Assembly: GCA_040081265.1 (NCBI GenBank)
Contig: JBEBGV010000003.1
Span: 73,781 to 137,780, forward strand
Direction of reading: 5' to 3'
From: Vicinamibacterales bacterium
Lineage (GTDB): Bacteria; Acidobacteriota; Vicinamibacteria; Vicinamibacterales; UBA2999
Length of the DNA: 64,000 bases
Below the pieces are notes generated by a model. The model saw only the letters and a program-made list of their open reading frames with translations. It was not told where the DNA came from and ran no database searches. The position numbers were made by a program, and so were the translations under genes. Below, piece by piece: positions 53,140 to 61,635 of this stretch; within the stretch, counting starts at the first letter, position 1, and each line of letters opens with the position of its first letter.

Positions 53140-56100
53140 GCTGGATGCTGCCGTTGGCGGCGTCGTTGTCCGACATGTCGAACGAGTTCGTGCTGCTGCG
53201 CACCCACACGCCGATGCGGTACTGCGATCCTGCAGCCGACGGCGTCCACGTATAGCTCGAGGACGTCGACCACCCGGTCAGCATCTGCCAGGACCGTCCG
53301 TCGAACAGCCACCACTTGTACTGAAGCTGCGGCACGCCGCCGGTGACGGTCGTCGTCACGGTGACCGGGCTTCCCGAGGCGATTGGTGACGAGGCACTCG
53401 GAGTCAGCGCCAGCAGCCGCAGCGGACTCGTCGGCGAGTACGTGATCGTGTAGGTGCGCGCCACCGACGAAGAGGAGTTTTCAGGCGCGTCCGTCGTGGA
53501 CCCGGTGCTGCGGGCCCAGACCTCCACCTGATAGGCGGAACCCGATGCCGCCGGCGCCCAGAGAAACGAGCTCGAGGCGCTCCAGTTCTGAGCGACACTC
53601 CACGACGAACCGTTGTAGACGCGCCACTTGTAGCTGATGGGCCCCGCTCCGCCCGTCGTCGTGGCGGTGAAGCGGATGGCCGTGCCGAGCAGTTGCGGTG
53701 AGGCCTTGTCCGACGACAGGTTGGTCACCGCCAGGGGCGAGGCCTGACCTTTGATGACGAAATTGAGTTCGCTACTGGTATCGCCGCTGCTCATCCCTTG
53801 GAGAGAGTTCCCGGCGGGCCGAACCCAAACGGAGATGCGAACTCTATCGCTGGCTCGGGACGGCCTCCATACAAAAGTGGACGCGTCCGACCAAGGCGTC
53901 ACAATAGCCCAGGTGACTCCATCAAAGACCTTCCACCGAAATTTGTAGGCACGATCTCCTCCGGTTACCAGCGCTTTGAACGTCACGGCGGTCCCGATGG
54001 CCTGTGGGCTCGACTTGTCTGTAGTCAAAGTTGCACTAATGGGGGGAGCCTTGGACCCCGCGCTCCGGGCGCGCTGTGAACTTCGTGCCGGTGATACTAC
54101 GCCAGTGTTTAGGATGAGGAGAGCGATGCTCCCGTTCGAGTCGTCGTTCTCTGACGCGTTGGTCGTTGAGCCCGCGCTGCGCACCCAGACACCGATGCGG
54201 TAGTTGCCGGCCCGGCCCGGCGTCCACGTGAGCGTGGTCTGTGTGGACCAGTCCTTCTCGACCACCCACGACTGACCGTCGAAGATCCACCACTTGAACT
54301 GATGCGGAGCGGCGCCGCCGGCAGCCGCAGCGGTGAACGTGATGGTCGTCTGTGCGGCTTGCGGTGCCGCCTTGTCAGCGGTGAGTGTCGTCAGCGACAG
54401 CCGGCCTGTCGCCACGGTGTTGATCGCGTAGGAACGGGTCGCCGCCGACCCGGCGTTTTCGGCCGCGTCTACGGTGTTGCCGGCGCTGCGCGCCCAGACC
54501 TGCACCTGATAGTTGGCGCTGGCCGCCGTCGGCGTCCACATGAAGGTCGCTGCCGCGTTCCACGTCTGCGCGGTCGTCCAGGTCGAGCCGTCGAACACTC
54601 GCCACTGGAACTCATACGGCGCTGCGCCGCCATTGGCTGCCGCGGTGAATCGAATCGCCGTCGAGACCAGCTGCGGTGACGCCTTGTCGCTGGTCAGTGA
54701 CGTCACTGCGAGCGGCTGCGCACCCTGGGTGACGGGGAAGGCCACGCTGCTGTTGGAGTTGTCGTTGTCCGACGTATCTGCCGTGCGACCGGCGCTTCGC
54801 ACCCAGACTCCGACGCGATAGGCGCTGCTGGCTGAACCCGGCGTCCAGGTGAAAGTGTTGGCGGACGACCACTGCTGCACGATCGACCAGCCGTTGCCGT
54901 CGAAGAGCCACCACTTGTAGCTATAGGGTCCAGAGCCTCCGGTCGCGGCGGCTGTGAACGTGATCGCGGTGCCGGCGGCCTGGGGAGCGGTCTTATTGGC
55001 CGTCAGGCCGGTCAGCTGGAGCGGCGGAGGCACCATGGTGACCGCCAGCGTCACGCTCGACGAGTGTCCGGTGGTGTCCTGCGCCGTGATGGTCAGGACG
55101 TTCAGGCCGTCCTGAACAGCAATGCCGGCGGCGGTCCAGCTCGTCGTGCCCGAGGCTGTGCCGCTCCCGCCGCGGCTGTTGCTCCACTGAACGCGACTCA
55201 CCGTGCCATCGTCAGACGCCGAGCCGCTCAGCGCGATCGTGCTGGCGTTGGTGGTGTAGGACGGCGACGAGGTTGGCGAGCTGATCGTCACCGTCGGCGC
55301 CAGGTCAACCCCCACGGTCAGGGTGGTCGCCGTCGATTTGCCCGAGGCGTCGGCCGCCGTGAGCGTGACGAGGTTTGAGCCCGCCTCGAGCGGAACGATG
55401 ACCGACCAGTTCAACGTACCGGCCGCGCTCCCGCTGCCGCCACGGTTGTTGCTCCACGTGACGGAGGTGACGCCGAGGTCGTCGGTGGCCGTGCCGCTCA
55501 GCGTGACGAACGCGCTCGACGTGGCATGCGTTGAGGTAGAGGTCGGGCTGGTGATCGCGATGGCTGGCGGCTCGGTGTCCGCGGCGACGATCGTCCAGGT
55601 GAAGTACTGCGAAGCCGTATTGCCGGAGGCGTCGGACGCCGTCACGGCAACGTTGAACACGCCGGCCGAGGATGGTGTGCCCGAGATGACGCCGGTGGCG
55701 GTGTTCAGCAACAGCCCGATCGGCAGGCCGGAGGTATTGAAGGTCACGCCGTCCCCGTCCGGATCCGACGCCAGCAGGGTCAGGGACAGAGGAGTGTCGC
55801 GCTGATCGCTTCGATTGCCAGGGTTGCTCAGGGAGGGCCCGCCACCGGTCGTGGCGACAAGCTCTGGAGCGTTCTGTCCGATGATGGGGCCCGCGACGTA
55901 CGCCGCGACCGTCAGGTAGTAGGTCGTCCCGGGAACGGCCGACGTGAAGGTATAGGTCGTGGCGTTCCCCACGTCGACGATCGTCGAGTAGACGCCGGAC
56001 GCCGTCCCGATGAAGACGTAGTACCCGATGACATCTGATTCTGGATTGGCATCCCAGGCCAGGGTCAGTGAGTCTGCGCGTGCGGCGGTGGGCGCCAGAA

Positions 56101-56161
56101 GCGCCACCAGGAACGCGAGTGCGAGCAAGGCCCGCTGGGATTTGAGTTTCGTGTACTGCAT
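53126..56161 (-). CDS. Large secreted multi-domain protein: Fn3, cadherin-like (dystroglycan-type Ig), 2 Ig-like modules, 6 uncharacterised ~100-aa repeats
   Basis: 1011 aa. Signal peptide (residues 1-29), Fn3-like (30-109), ASDPDGDGVTF...TGVISGTP cadherin-like (110-194), two TSPTS...LSG.A.DD..V..V.WSN.RGGSG Ig-like modules (195-377), and six repeats (378-1011). Confidence 0.9.
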   Translation of the reverse strand: MQYTKLKSQRALLALAFLVALLAPTAARADSLTLAWDANPESDVIGYYVFIGTASGVYSTIVDVGNATTYTFTSAVPGTTYYLTVAAYVAGPIIGQNAPELVATTGGGPSLSNPGNRSDQRDTPLSLTLLASDPDGDGVTFNTSGLPIGLLLNTATGVISGTPSSAGVFNVAVTASDASGNTASQYFTWTIVAADTEPPAIAITSPTSTSTHATSSAFVTLSGTATDDLGVTSVTWSNNRGGSGSAAGTLNWSVIVPLEAGSNLVTLTAADASGKSTATTLTVGVDLAPTVTISSPTSSPSYTTNASTIALSGSASDDGTVSRVQWSNSRGGSGTASGTTSWTAAGIAVQDGLNVLTITAQDTTGHSSSVTLAVTMVPPPLQLTGLTANKTAPQAAGTAITFTAAATGGSGPYSYKWWLFDGNGWSIVQQWSSANTFTWTPGSASSAYRVGVWVRSAGRTADTSDNDNSNSSVAFPVTQGAQPLAVTSLTSDKASPQLVSTAIRFTAAANGGAAPYEFQWRVFDGSTWTTAQTWNAAATFMWTPTAASANYQVQVWARSAGNTVDAAENAGSAATRSYAINTVATGRLSLTTLTADKAAPQAAQTTITFTAAAAGGAAPHQFKWWIFDGQSWVVEKDWSTQTTLTWTPGRAGNYRIGVWVRSAGSTTNASENDDSNGSIALLILNTGVVSPARSSQRARSAGSKAPPISATLTTDKSSPQAIGTAVTFKALVTGGDRAYKFRWKVFDGVTWAIVTPWSDASTFVWRPSRASDRVRISVWVRPAGNSLQGMSSGDTSSELNFVIKGQASPLAVTNLSSDKASPQLLGTAIRFTATTTGGAGPISYKWRVYNGSSWSVAQNWSASSSFLWAPAASGSAYQVEVWARSTGSTTDAPENSSSSVARTYTITYSPTSPLRLLALTPSASSPIASGSPVTVTTTVTGGVPQLQYKWWLFDGRSWQMLTGWSTSSSYTWTPSAAGSQYRIGVWVRSSTNSFDMSDNDAANGSIQLIVE
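53129..55030 (-). repeat. Six tandem coding repeats (~99-119 aa each) of an uncharacterised beta-sandwich-like unit
   Basis: The consensus by eye is L..LT.DK..PQ...T.I.FTA...GG..P..(Y/F)KW(W/R).FDG..W.....W.....F.WTP....Y.(I/V).VW.RS.G. The hand-counted repeat borders at residues 378, 483, 587, 706, 809 and 913 sum exactly to 1011 aa. Confidence 0.85.
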
Positions 56162-56204
56162 CCTGACCTTTGCCGTATCGGTCGATCCGGTCTGCTACCT
56201 GTTG

Positions 56205-56220
56205 TGCAAGCAGATCTCCA
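56205..56220 (-). promoter_or_regulatory. Sigma-54 (-24/-12) promoter of the 1011-aa gene
   Basis: The minus strand reads TGGAGATCTGCTTGCA, which is TGG-N9-TTGCA with exact GG-N10-GC spacing. The -12 element lies 44-48 nt upstream of the ATG (56161). Confidence 0.6.
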
Positions 56221-56325
56221 CGGACTGAGGCGTTTGGTCGTTGTGACGAGGTGTGCAGCAACGTGCAGAATTGGGTGTCTTGTCTGGCTCAACCGTGACA
56301 ACCATGTGCCGTTCTGTGAGGGGGG

Positions 56326-56348
56326 CGCCGGCCCCGTCTGGGCCGGCG
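56326..56348 (-). terminator. GC-rich hairpin downstream of the 262-aa gene (terminator candidate without a U-tract)
   Basis: A 9-bp stem, CGCCGGCCC (56326-56334) pairing with GGGCCGGCG (56340-56348), with a 5-nt loop. It lies between the stop at 56425 and the next sigma-54 promoter. Confidence 0.4.
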
Positions 56349-56424
56349 ATCACGATCTCGGTAGGTCGATTGCAACCCTGTCAGGTTGCTGGCGGCGGGG
56401 GGAGGCCGCGCAGGCGGGATGAGT

Positions 56425-57213
56425 TCAGGGACGAGCGAATCGTCGCCGCTGCGTCGGCCGTGCCGGGACCCGGGCGGGTGGGAGCCCGAAGGTCACCTTC
56501 AGCTTGACGACGGTGAGGTTGGCGGACGCGTCGAGCGCAGTCACAGTCAGGACGTTCGCACCGGTCTGCAGCGGAATCACCACCGACCAGGTCGTTGTGC
56601 CCGCGACGTCGCCCGAGCCGCCCCGGTCGCTCGTCCAGGTCACGCTCTCAAGTGCCACATCGTCGGTCGCCCAGCCGCTCAGGGTGACGAAGGCTCCAGT
56701 GCTCGCGTACGCAGCGCTCGTCGTCGGGCTGGTCAGCATGAGCGTGGGTGCGGTGCGGTCCGCGGGGGCAGCGTGCCCCCGTGATGGTGCCAACGCCATC
56801 GAAACCATGACCGGAGGTGCGTCGCTGCGAGGGATGGTGGTGTCGGCGGTCCCGCCGGTGCCATTGGTGCTTCCTGGATTTCCACCGGGTGGAGCGGCCA
56901 CTGAAGCGACCAGCTCCGGAGCCTGAGTGCCGACGACGGGGCCAGGCGCATACGCAGCCACGGTGAGGAAGTAGGTTGCGCCCGGCGTCGCGCCGGTGAT
57001 GGTGTAGCTCGTTGCGTTGCCGACGTCAATGACGGAGGAGTAGCTGCCTGACTCGCTCCCGATGAAGACGTAGTAGCCCGAGACCTCCGCCTCGGGATTG
57101 GCATCCCACGCCAGCGTCAGAGTGTCGGCACTGCTGGACCAGGGCACAAGCAGCGCGAGAACGACGCAGGCGGCAAGGGCCGACAGACGAAACGACGAGC
57201 AGTGGTTCGGCAT
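56425..57213 (-). CDS. Secreted Fn3 + Ig-like protein, short paralogue of the 1011-aa protein
   Basis: 262 aa. In my hand alignment of the Fn3 region, 53 of 80 residues are identical to the large protein (ADTLTLAWDANPEAEVSGYYVFIG... versus ADSLTLAWDANPESDVIGYYVFIG...). One Ig-like module follows (TSPTTSAAYASTGAFVTLSGWATDDVALESVTWTSDRGGSG). Confidence 0.85.
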   Translation of the reverse strand: MPNHCSSFRLSALAACVVLALLVPWSSSADTLTLAWDANPEAEVSGYYVFIGSESGSYSSVIDVGNATSYTITGATPGATYFLTVAAYAPGPVVGTQAPELVASVAAPPGGNPGSTNGTGGTADTTIPRSDAPPVMVSMALAPSRGHAAPADRTAPTLMLTSPTTSAAYASTGAFVTLSGWATDDVALESVTWTSDRGGSGDVAGTTTWSVVIPLQTGANVLTVTALDASANLTVVKLKVTFGLPPARVPARPTQRRRFARP

Positions 57214-57252
57214 GGTGAGGGTCAGGGTGATCGCGTCCTGCCAGCCCGATTT

Positions 57253-57268
57253 TGCAAGCAGATCTCCA
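57253..57268 (-). promoter_or_regulatory. Sigma-54 (-24/-12) promoter of the 262-aa gene
   Basis: The same TGGAGATCTGCTTGCA on the minus strand. The 19 nt at 57253-57271 are identical to 56205-56223. The -12 element lies 40-44 nt upstream of the ATG (57213). Confidence 0.6.
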
Positions 57269-57368
57269 CGGTGCTGGCCGCTTCGGGGACTGCGCAGCGG
57301 CGTGCTGAAGTGTTCAGGGCCCCCAAACCAGGCGCCTATTGTGCGAGAGTAGAGTGGCCTCTCACCTC

Positions 57369-58013
57369 ATGGGACTCAACCTGGTACTGCTCGGCCCACC
57401 AGGGGCCGGAAAGGGCACACAGGCCGTGCGACTCGCGCGCACGTGGGGGATTCCGCACATCTCCACGGGCACGATGCTGCGCGAAGCGGTCAAGTCGGAC
57501 TCTGAGCTCGGCCGCCAGGTGAAGGCCATCATCGAGTCAGGTGGCCTCATCGACGACACGCTGATCACCGAAGTGGTCCGCCAGCGTCTCGCGTTGTCCG
57601 ACACCGCTCCGGGCTTTCTTCTCGACGGATTTCCGCGGACGGTGCCTCAGGCCGAGGCGCTCGACTGCTTCAGTGGCCTGAAAGGCTCCCTGGTCATCGT
57701 CGAGATCGTGCTGTCGGAGCGGGAAGTCCTGCGGCGTCTGGCGGCGCGCATGATCTGCTCGGAGTGCGGCGTCAACGCGCAGGACGATGAGGAATTTGCC
57801 ACCTGTCACGACTGCGGCGGAGCGCTTGTGCTGAGGGCTGACGACGCCGAGGCGGTGGTCAGGAACCGGCTCGAGGTGTACCACCGGCAGACCGTGCCCC
57901 TGGTCGAGTATTACGGCGCCAGGCCCACGTTTGTTCGCGTCGATGGCGCACAGCTGGTCGACCATGTGACCGAGGCGATTCTGGCCTCGGTATCGGCCGC
58001 CCGCGCCCGATAA
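57369..58013 (+). CDS. adk: Adenylate kinase (Zn-lid type)
   Basis: Start at the ATG at 57369 (MGLNLVLLGPPGAGKGTQA...). LLDGFPRT, and a four-Cys lid (CSECG...CHDCGG). Confidence 0.95.
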   Translation: MGLNLVLLGPPGAGKGTQAVRLARTWGIPHISTGTMLREAVKSDSELGRQVKAIIESGGLIDDTLITEVVRQRLALSDTAPGFLLDGFPRTVPQAEALDCFSGLKGSLVIVEIVLSEREVLRRLAARMICSECGVNAQDDEEFATCHDCGGALVLRADDAEAVVRNRLEVYHRQTVPLVEYYGARPTFVRVDGAQLVDHVTEAILASVSAARAR

Positions 58014-58068
58014 TCGCCCGTCTGCCGACAGTGGCAGGCCGGGCCGGTTGTGGATTACCCTGCCGTGC

Positions 58069-59562
58069 ATGGACACGTCTCTCGCGCAGTTCAAGTCGCT
58101 CTTTGGTGAAGTCGCCGACCTCCGCCGCGCCGCCGAGCTCATCGAATGGGACGAGCGCGTGTGCATGCCGCGCGGAGGCGCATCGATTCACGGAGAAATG
58201 CAGGCGACGCTCCGCCGTCTGGCGCACGAGAAGTTCACCCGCGACGAGATGGGCAGGTCCATCGAAGCGCTCGTACACGGCTCTGAGCCCGGCTCAGACG
58301 TCGGTCGGCTGGCCGCCGTCGCCGCACACGATTACGAGAAGGCGACGCGCGTGCCCGCGGCCTTTGTGTCCGAGCATGCGCACACGGTGTCCGCGTCCCA
58401 GCATGCCTGGGAGCAGGCCCGTGCGGGGAACGATTTCGCGTCGTTTGCACCCCACCTCGAGAGAGTGCTCGACCTCAAGCGAAAGTACGTGACGTTCTTC
58501 CCACCGGCGGAGCATCCCTACGATGTGCTGCTCGACGATTGCGAGCCGGGGATGAAGACCTCCGAGGTCAAGACGCTCTTCGGCACGCTTCGCCCACGTC
58601 AGGTCGCGCTCATCAAGAAGGTTGCTGCCTGCCCGCCCGTCGATGACAGTGTGCTGATGGGCGCGTACGCCGAGTCCGACATGCTCGGCTTCGCAGTGGA
58701 GGTGGCTGGCGGCTTCGGCTTCGACTGGGCGCGCGGTCGTCAGGACAAGTCAGTCCATCCCTTTGCGTCAGGCATCGGCTCAGACGATGTCCGGATCACG
58801 ACGCGGTGGGTCGAGCGGTTGCCGTTCAGCATGCTGTTCGGCACGATGCACGAGACCGGCCACGCCTTGTATGAGCAGGGCGTGAGCAAGGCGCACCACC
58901 GCACGCCACTCGAAGGCGGAACCTCGCTGGGCGTGCACGAGTCGCAAAGCCGACTGTGGGAGAACGTCATCGGTCGGTCGCGTGGCTTCTGGCAGCACGT
59001 CTTTCCGTCGTTGCAGGGCAGGTTCCCGGCGCAGCTGCGCGGCGTCTCGGTGGATCAGTTCTACCGCGCCGTCAACAAGGTGCAGCCGTCGCTCATTCGC
59101 GTTGAGGCCGATGAAGCGACCTACAACCTCCACATCATGCTTCGCGTCGAGCTGGAAATTGCGCTCATCGAGGGGAAGGTTGCGGTCGACGCGCTGCCGG
59201 AACTCTGGCGTACGCGGATGCAGGAGTACCTCGGCGTCGTCCCACCGACCGACGCGCTCGGCGTGCTGCAGGACGTGCACTGGTCGGCCGGACTCTTTGG
59301 CTACTTCTCGACCTACACCCTCGGCAACGTGATCGCGGCGCAGCTCTGGGAGCGGTTTGGCGTGCTCAATCCCGACCGCGACGCCCAGGTCGCGCGTGGG
59401 GAGTTCACACCGTTGCTCTCGTGGCTCCGCAGCGAACTGCACCAGCACGGTCGTGCGTATCAGGCCCAGGAACTGGTCGAGCGCATCACGACCAGGCGTA
59501 TCGATCCCGCCCCCTATCTGCAGTACCTCGAAGGCAAGTACGGCGAGCTCTACGGTTTATAG
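58069..59562 (+). CDS. Carboxypeptidase Taq-type (peptidase M32)
   Basis: Start at the ATG at 58069 (MDTSLAQFKSLFGEVADL...). HETGHALYEQG zinc motif, HESQSR and DVHWS.GLFGYF.TYTLGN. Confidence 0.92.
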   Translation: MDTSLAQFKSLFGEVADLRRAAELIEWDERVCMPRGGASIHGEMQATLRRLAHEKFTRDEMGRSIEALVHGSEPGSDVGRLAAVAAHDYEKATRVPAAFVSEHAHTVSASQHAWEQARAGNDFASFAPHLERVLDLKRKYVTFFPPAEHPYDVLLDDCEPGMKTSEVKTLFGTLRPRQVALIKKVAACPPVDDSVLMGAYAESDMLGFAVEVAGGFGFDWARGRQDKSVHPFASGIGSDDVRITTRWVERLPFSMLFGTMHETGHALYEQGVSKAHHRTPLEGGTSLGVHESQSRLWENVIGRSRGFWQHVFPSLQGRFPAQLRGVSVDQFYRAVNKVQPSLIRVEADEATYNLHIMLRVELEIALIEGKVAVDALPELWRTRMQEYLGVVPPTDALGVLQDVHWSAGLFGYFSTYTLGNVIAAQLWERFGVLNPDRDAQVARGEFTPLLSWLRSELHQHGRAYQAQELVERITTRRIDPAPYLQYLEGKYGELYGL

Positions 59563-59660
59563 ACGATCTCTCCCGATTCAAGTCCCAGGTCCACCTGGCC
59601 GATCACGAGTGGAGCGCCGGGGAAGGAGTGTCCCCGTGTGCCTCATGGCGGGTGTCCACG

Positions 59661-60788
59661 ATGCATCTGGTAGACCAGGAAAGGTCAGCGGCGGGTTTTA
59701 CAGCTCCCGTGCTGGTTGGAGAGAGTCAGGCGCTGCAGCGCGTTCGTCTGCTGGCCGAGCGTGTGGCCGGCGGCGAAGCGAAGGTCCTGATCACAGGGGA
59801 AAGCGGCGTCGGCAAGGACGTCATCGCGCGCTACGTCCATGCCAAGTCGAAGCGTGCGCACCAGCGGTACGTTGCGCTGAACTGCGCGAGCTTCTCGGAG
59901 ACGCTGCTCGAATCGGAGCTGTTCGGCCACGTGAAGGGCAGTTTCACGGGCGCCTATCGCGACAAGATCGGCAAGCTTCAGCAGGCCCACCGGGGAACGA
60001 TCTTCCTCGACGAGATTGCCGAGATGAGCCTTCGCATGCAGGCGATGCTCCTGCGGTTTCTCGAGAACGGCGAGATCCTGCCAGTCGGCGCCGACACGAT
60101 GCCGATTCGCGTTGACGTCCGGGTGATCTCGGCGACCAACCGCGATCTGCAGGACATGGTGGCCAAGGGCGAGTTCCGCGAAGACCTGCTCTTCCGCATC
60201 CGCGTGGCACACATCCATGTGCCGGCGCTGCGCGAGCGCAAGGAAGACGTGCGCGCGCTGATCAACTACACGCTGACGCGTGGCGGCCACACGATTCAGA
60301 TCAACGACGAAGCGATGGACATGCTCGAGCGTTACCGGTGGCCCGGCAACGTCCGCGAGCTCCAGAACGTCGTCGAGCAGACCGTGGCGATGACCCTGGG
60401 CGACGAGGCGGGCGTGGCGGAGCTGCCGCCCTCGATCCTCGCCCGGCAGGCAGGCGCGATCTCGCCGGTCCTCGATCGCCGTCGCCGGATGTCAGACGAC
60501 CTGTACGACGGTCTGATTTCGGGCGGCTATCAGTTCTGGACACATGTCCACCCGATGTTCATGAACCGCGACATCACGCGGGCCGACCTGCGTCAGCTGG
60601 TCCGGCGCGGGCTGGCGGCCACCGGCGGCAATTATCGGGGCGTGCTGCAGCTGTTCGGGATGGAAGACGGGGACTACAAGCGCTTCCTCAACTTCCTTGG
60701 GACGCACGATTGCGCCATCGACTTCCGTGAGTTCCGTGGCGCGAAGCGACAGCTCGCCGAGGCGGCCAGCGCACGCTCGAGGTCGTGA
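59661..60788 (+). CDS. Sigma-54-dependent transcriptional activator (bEBP) lacking an N-terminal sensor/receiver domain
   Basis: About 375 aa from the ATG at 59661. VLVGESQALQRV begins only about 17 aa in. Contains ITGESGVGKD (Walker A), ESELFGHVKGSFTGA (GAFTGA-type loop), GTIFLDEIAEM (Walker B), RVISATNRDL and EDLLFRIRV..I.VPALRERKEDV, plus a C-terminal HTH-like RADLRQLVRRGLAATGGNYRGVLQLFGM. Confidence 0.9.
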   Translation: MHLVDQERSAAGFTAPVLVGESQALQRVRLLAERVAGGEAKVLITGESGVGKDVIARYVHAKSKRAHQRYVALNCASFSETLLESELFGHVKGSFTGAYRDKIGKLQQAHRGTIFLDEIAEMSLRMQAMLLRFLENGEILPVGADTMPIRVDVRVISATNRDLQDMVAKGEFREDLLFRIRVAHIHVPALRERKEDVRALINYTLTRGGHTIQINDEAMDMLERYRWPGNVRELQNVVEQTVAMTLGDEAGVAELPPSILARQAGAISPVLDRRRRMSDDLYDGLISGGYQFWTHVHPMFMNRDITRADLRQLVRRGLAATGGNYRGVLQLFGMEDGDYKRFLNFLGTHDCAIDFREFRGAKRQLAEAASARSRS

Positions 60789-60958
60789 TTCCGAGACGGT
60801 GAGCGTGGCGTGAAAATCCGCGAATACCCAGAGTTTGATCGTCGCGGCGCCAGACCCTGTGTGCAGGAACGTCAAAGGCTTTGTCGATGTCGTTCCCGAA
60901 CTCAGCGCGTTCGGGCATGTTTCACACAAATGTGCCCGTAAGCCCCGGCCCGCTCCGG

Positions 60959-60974
60959 CGGCACCGCCGTTGCT
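60959..60974 (+). promoter_or_regulatory. Near-consensus sigma-54 (-24/-12) promoter upstream of the PilZ gene
   Basis: CGGCAC-CGCCG-TTGCT. GG is at 60960-60961 and GC at 60972-60973 (GG-N10-GC). It lies about 50 nt upstream of the ATG at 61024. Confidence 0.6.
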
Positions 60975-61023
60975 CTGCCTTGGTGAGGCCGGACCGGGAA
61001 GGTTCGCCCGGTCGGGAGCAAAG

Positions 61024-61635
61024 ATGGCGGAGCGGAGAAGGAGTGAACGGTTCTCTTTGGTGTACCCCGTGGATGCACAGGTCAGCGTCCTCCATGACGT
61101 CCACATCGAAGAGACCGGTCCAAACAATCTGGCGGTTCTGTGCACGACGCCCGGCGTTCGTGGAGAGGAAATGACTGTGCGCATCGGGCCGTCCGACGGC
61201 GTCCAGTCGACACTGGTCGGACGGACGGTCGGCAGCGAACCGCGCATGGTCGACGGACGTGTCATGCACCGGATCCAGCTCGCGGTGACGGGCGCGCCGA
61301 CCATGCCGAGGGTCGGGGCGGCGGGTTCTGGCCGCTCTACCGAACGTCACGCCGCGATGTTCGTGCGTCGCCACGCCGCCCGTGTCGTGAACCTGAGTCG
61401 CGGCGGGTGCCTGCTCGAACTCCCCAGCTGCATGCACGCCGGCACGGTCGCCACACTCTACGCCGGCAAGGACCTGGCCCATGCCGAGCCGATCCGTGTC
61501 GGTTTCGTTCACGAGCGTAAGGGATCGTCGTGGCCGTTTGTCGCCGGCGCCGAATTCCTCTCGCTCGACGCGCCGTCGTCGGATTCGTTGCGCTCGATGG
61601 CCGGTCGGATCGAGTTGGAGCATCGTCACTTCTAA
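61024..61635 (+). CDS. Two-domain PilZ-like protein (putative c-di-GMP receptor)
   Basis: Start at the ATG at 61024, preceded by GGGAG (MAERRRSERFSLVYPVDAQVSV...). The N-terminal half has RxxxR (RRSER) but a degenerate second motif. The C-terminal half has RSTER...NLSRGG, fitting RxxxR...(D/N)xSxxG. Confidence 0.65.
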   Translation: MAERRRSERFSLVYPVDAQVSVLHDVHIEETGPNNLAVLCTTPGVRGEEMTVRIGPSDGVQSTLVGRTVGSEPRMVDGRVMHRIQLAVTGAPTMPRVGAAGSGRSTERHAAMFVRRHAARVVNLSRGGCLLELPSCMHAGTVATLYAGKDLAHAEPIRVGFVHERKGSSWPFVAGAEFLSLDAPSSDSLRSMAGRIELEHRHF

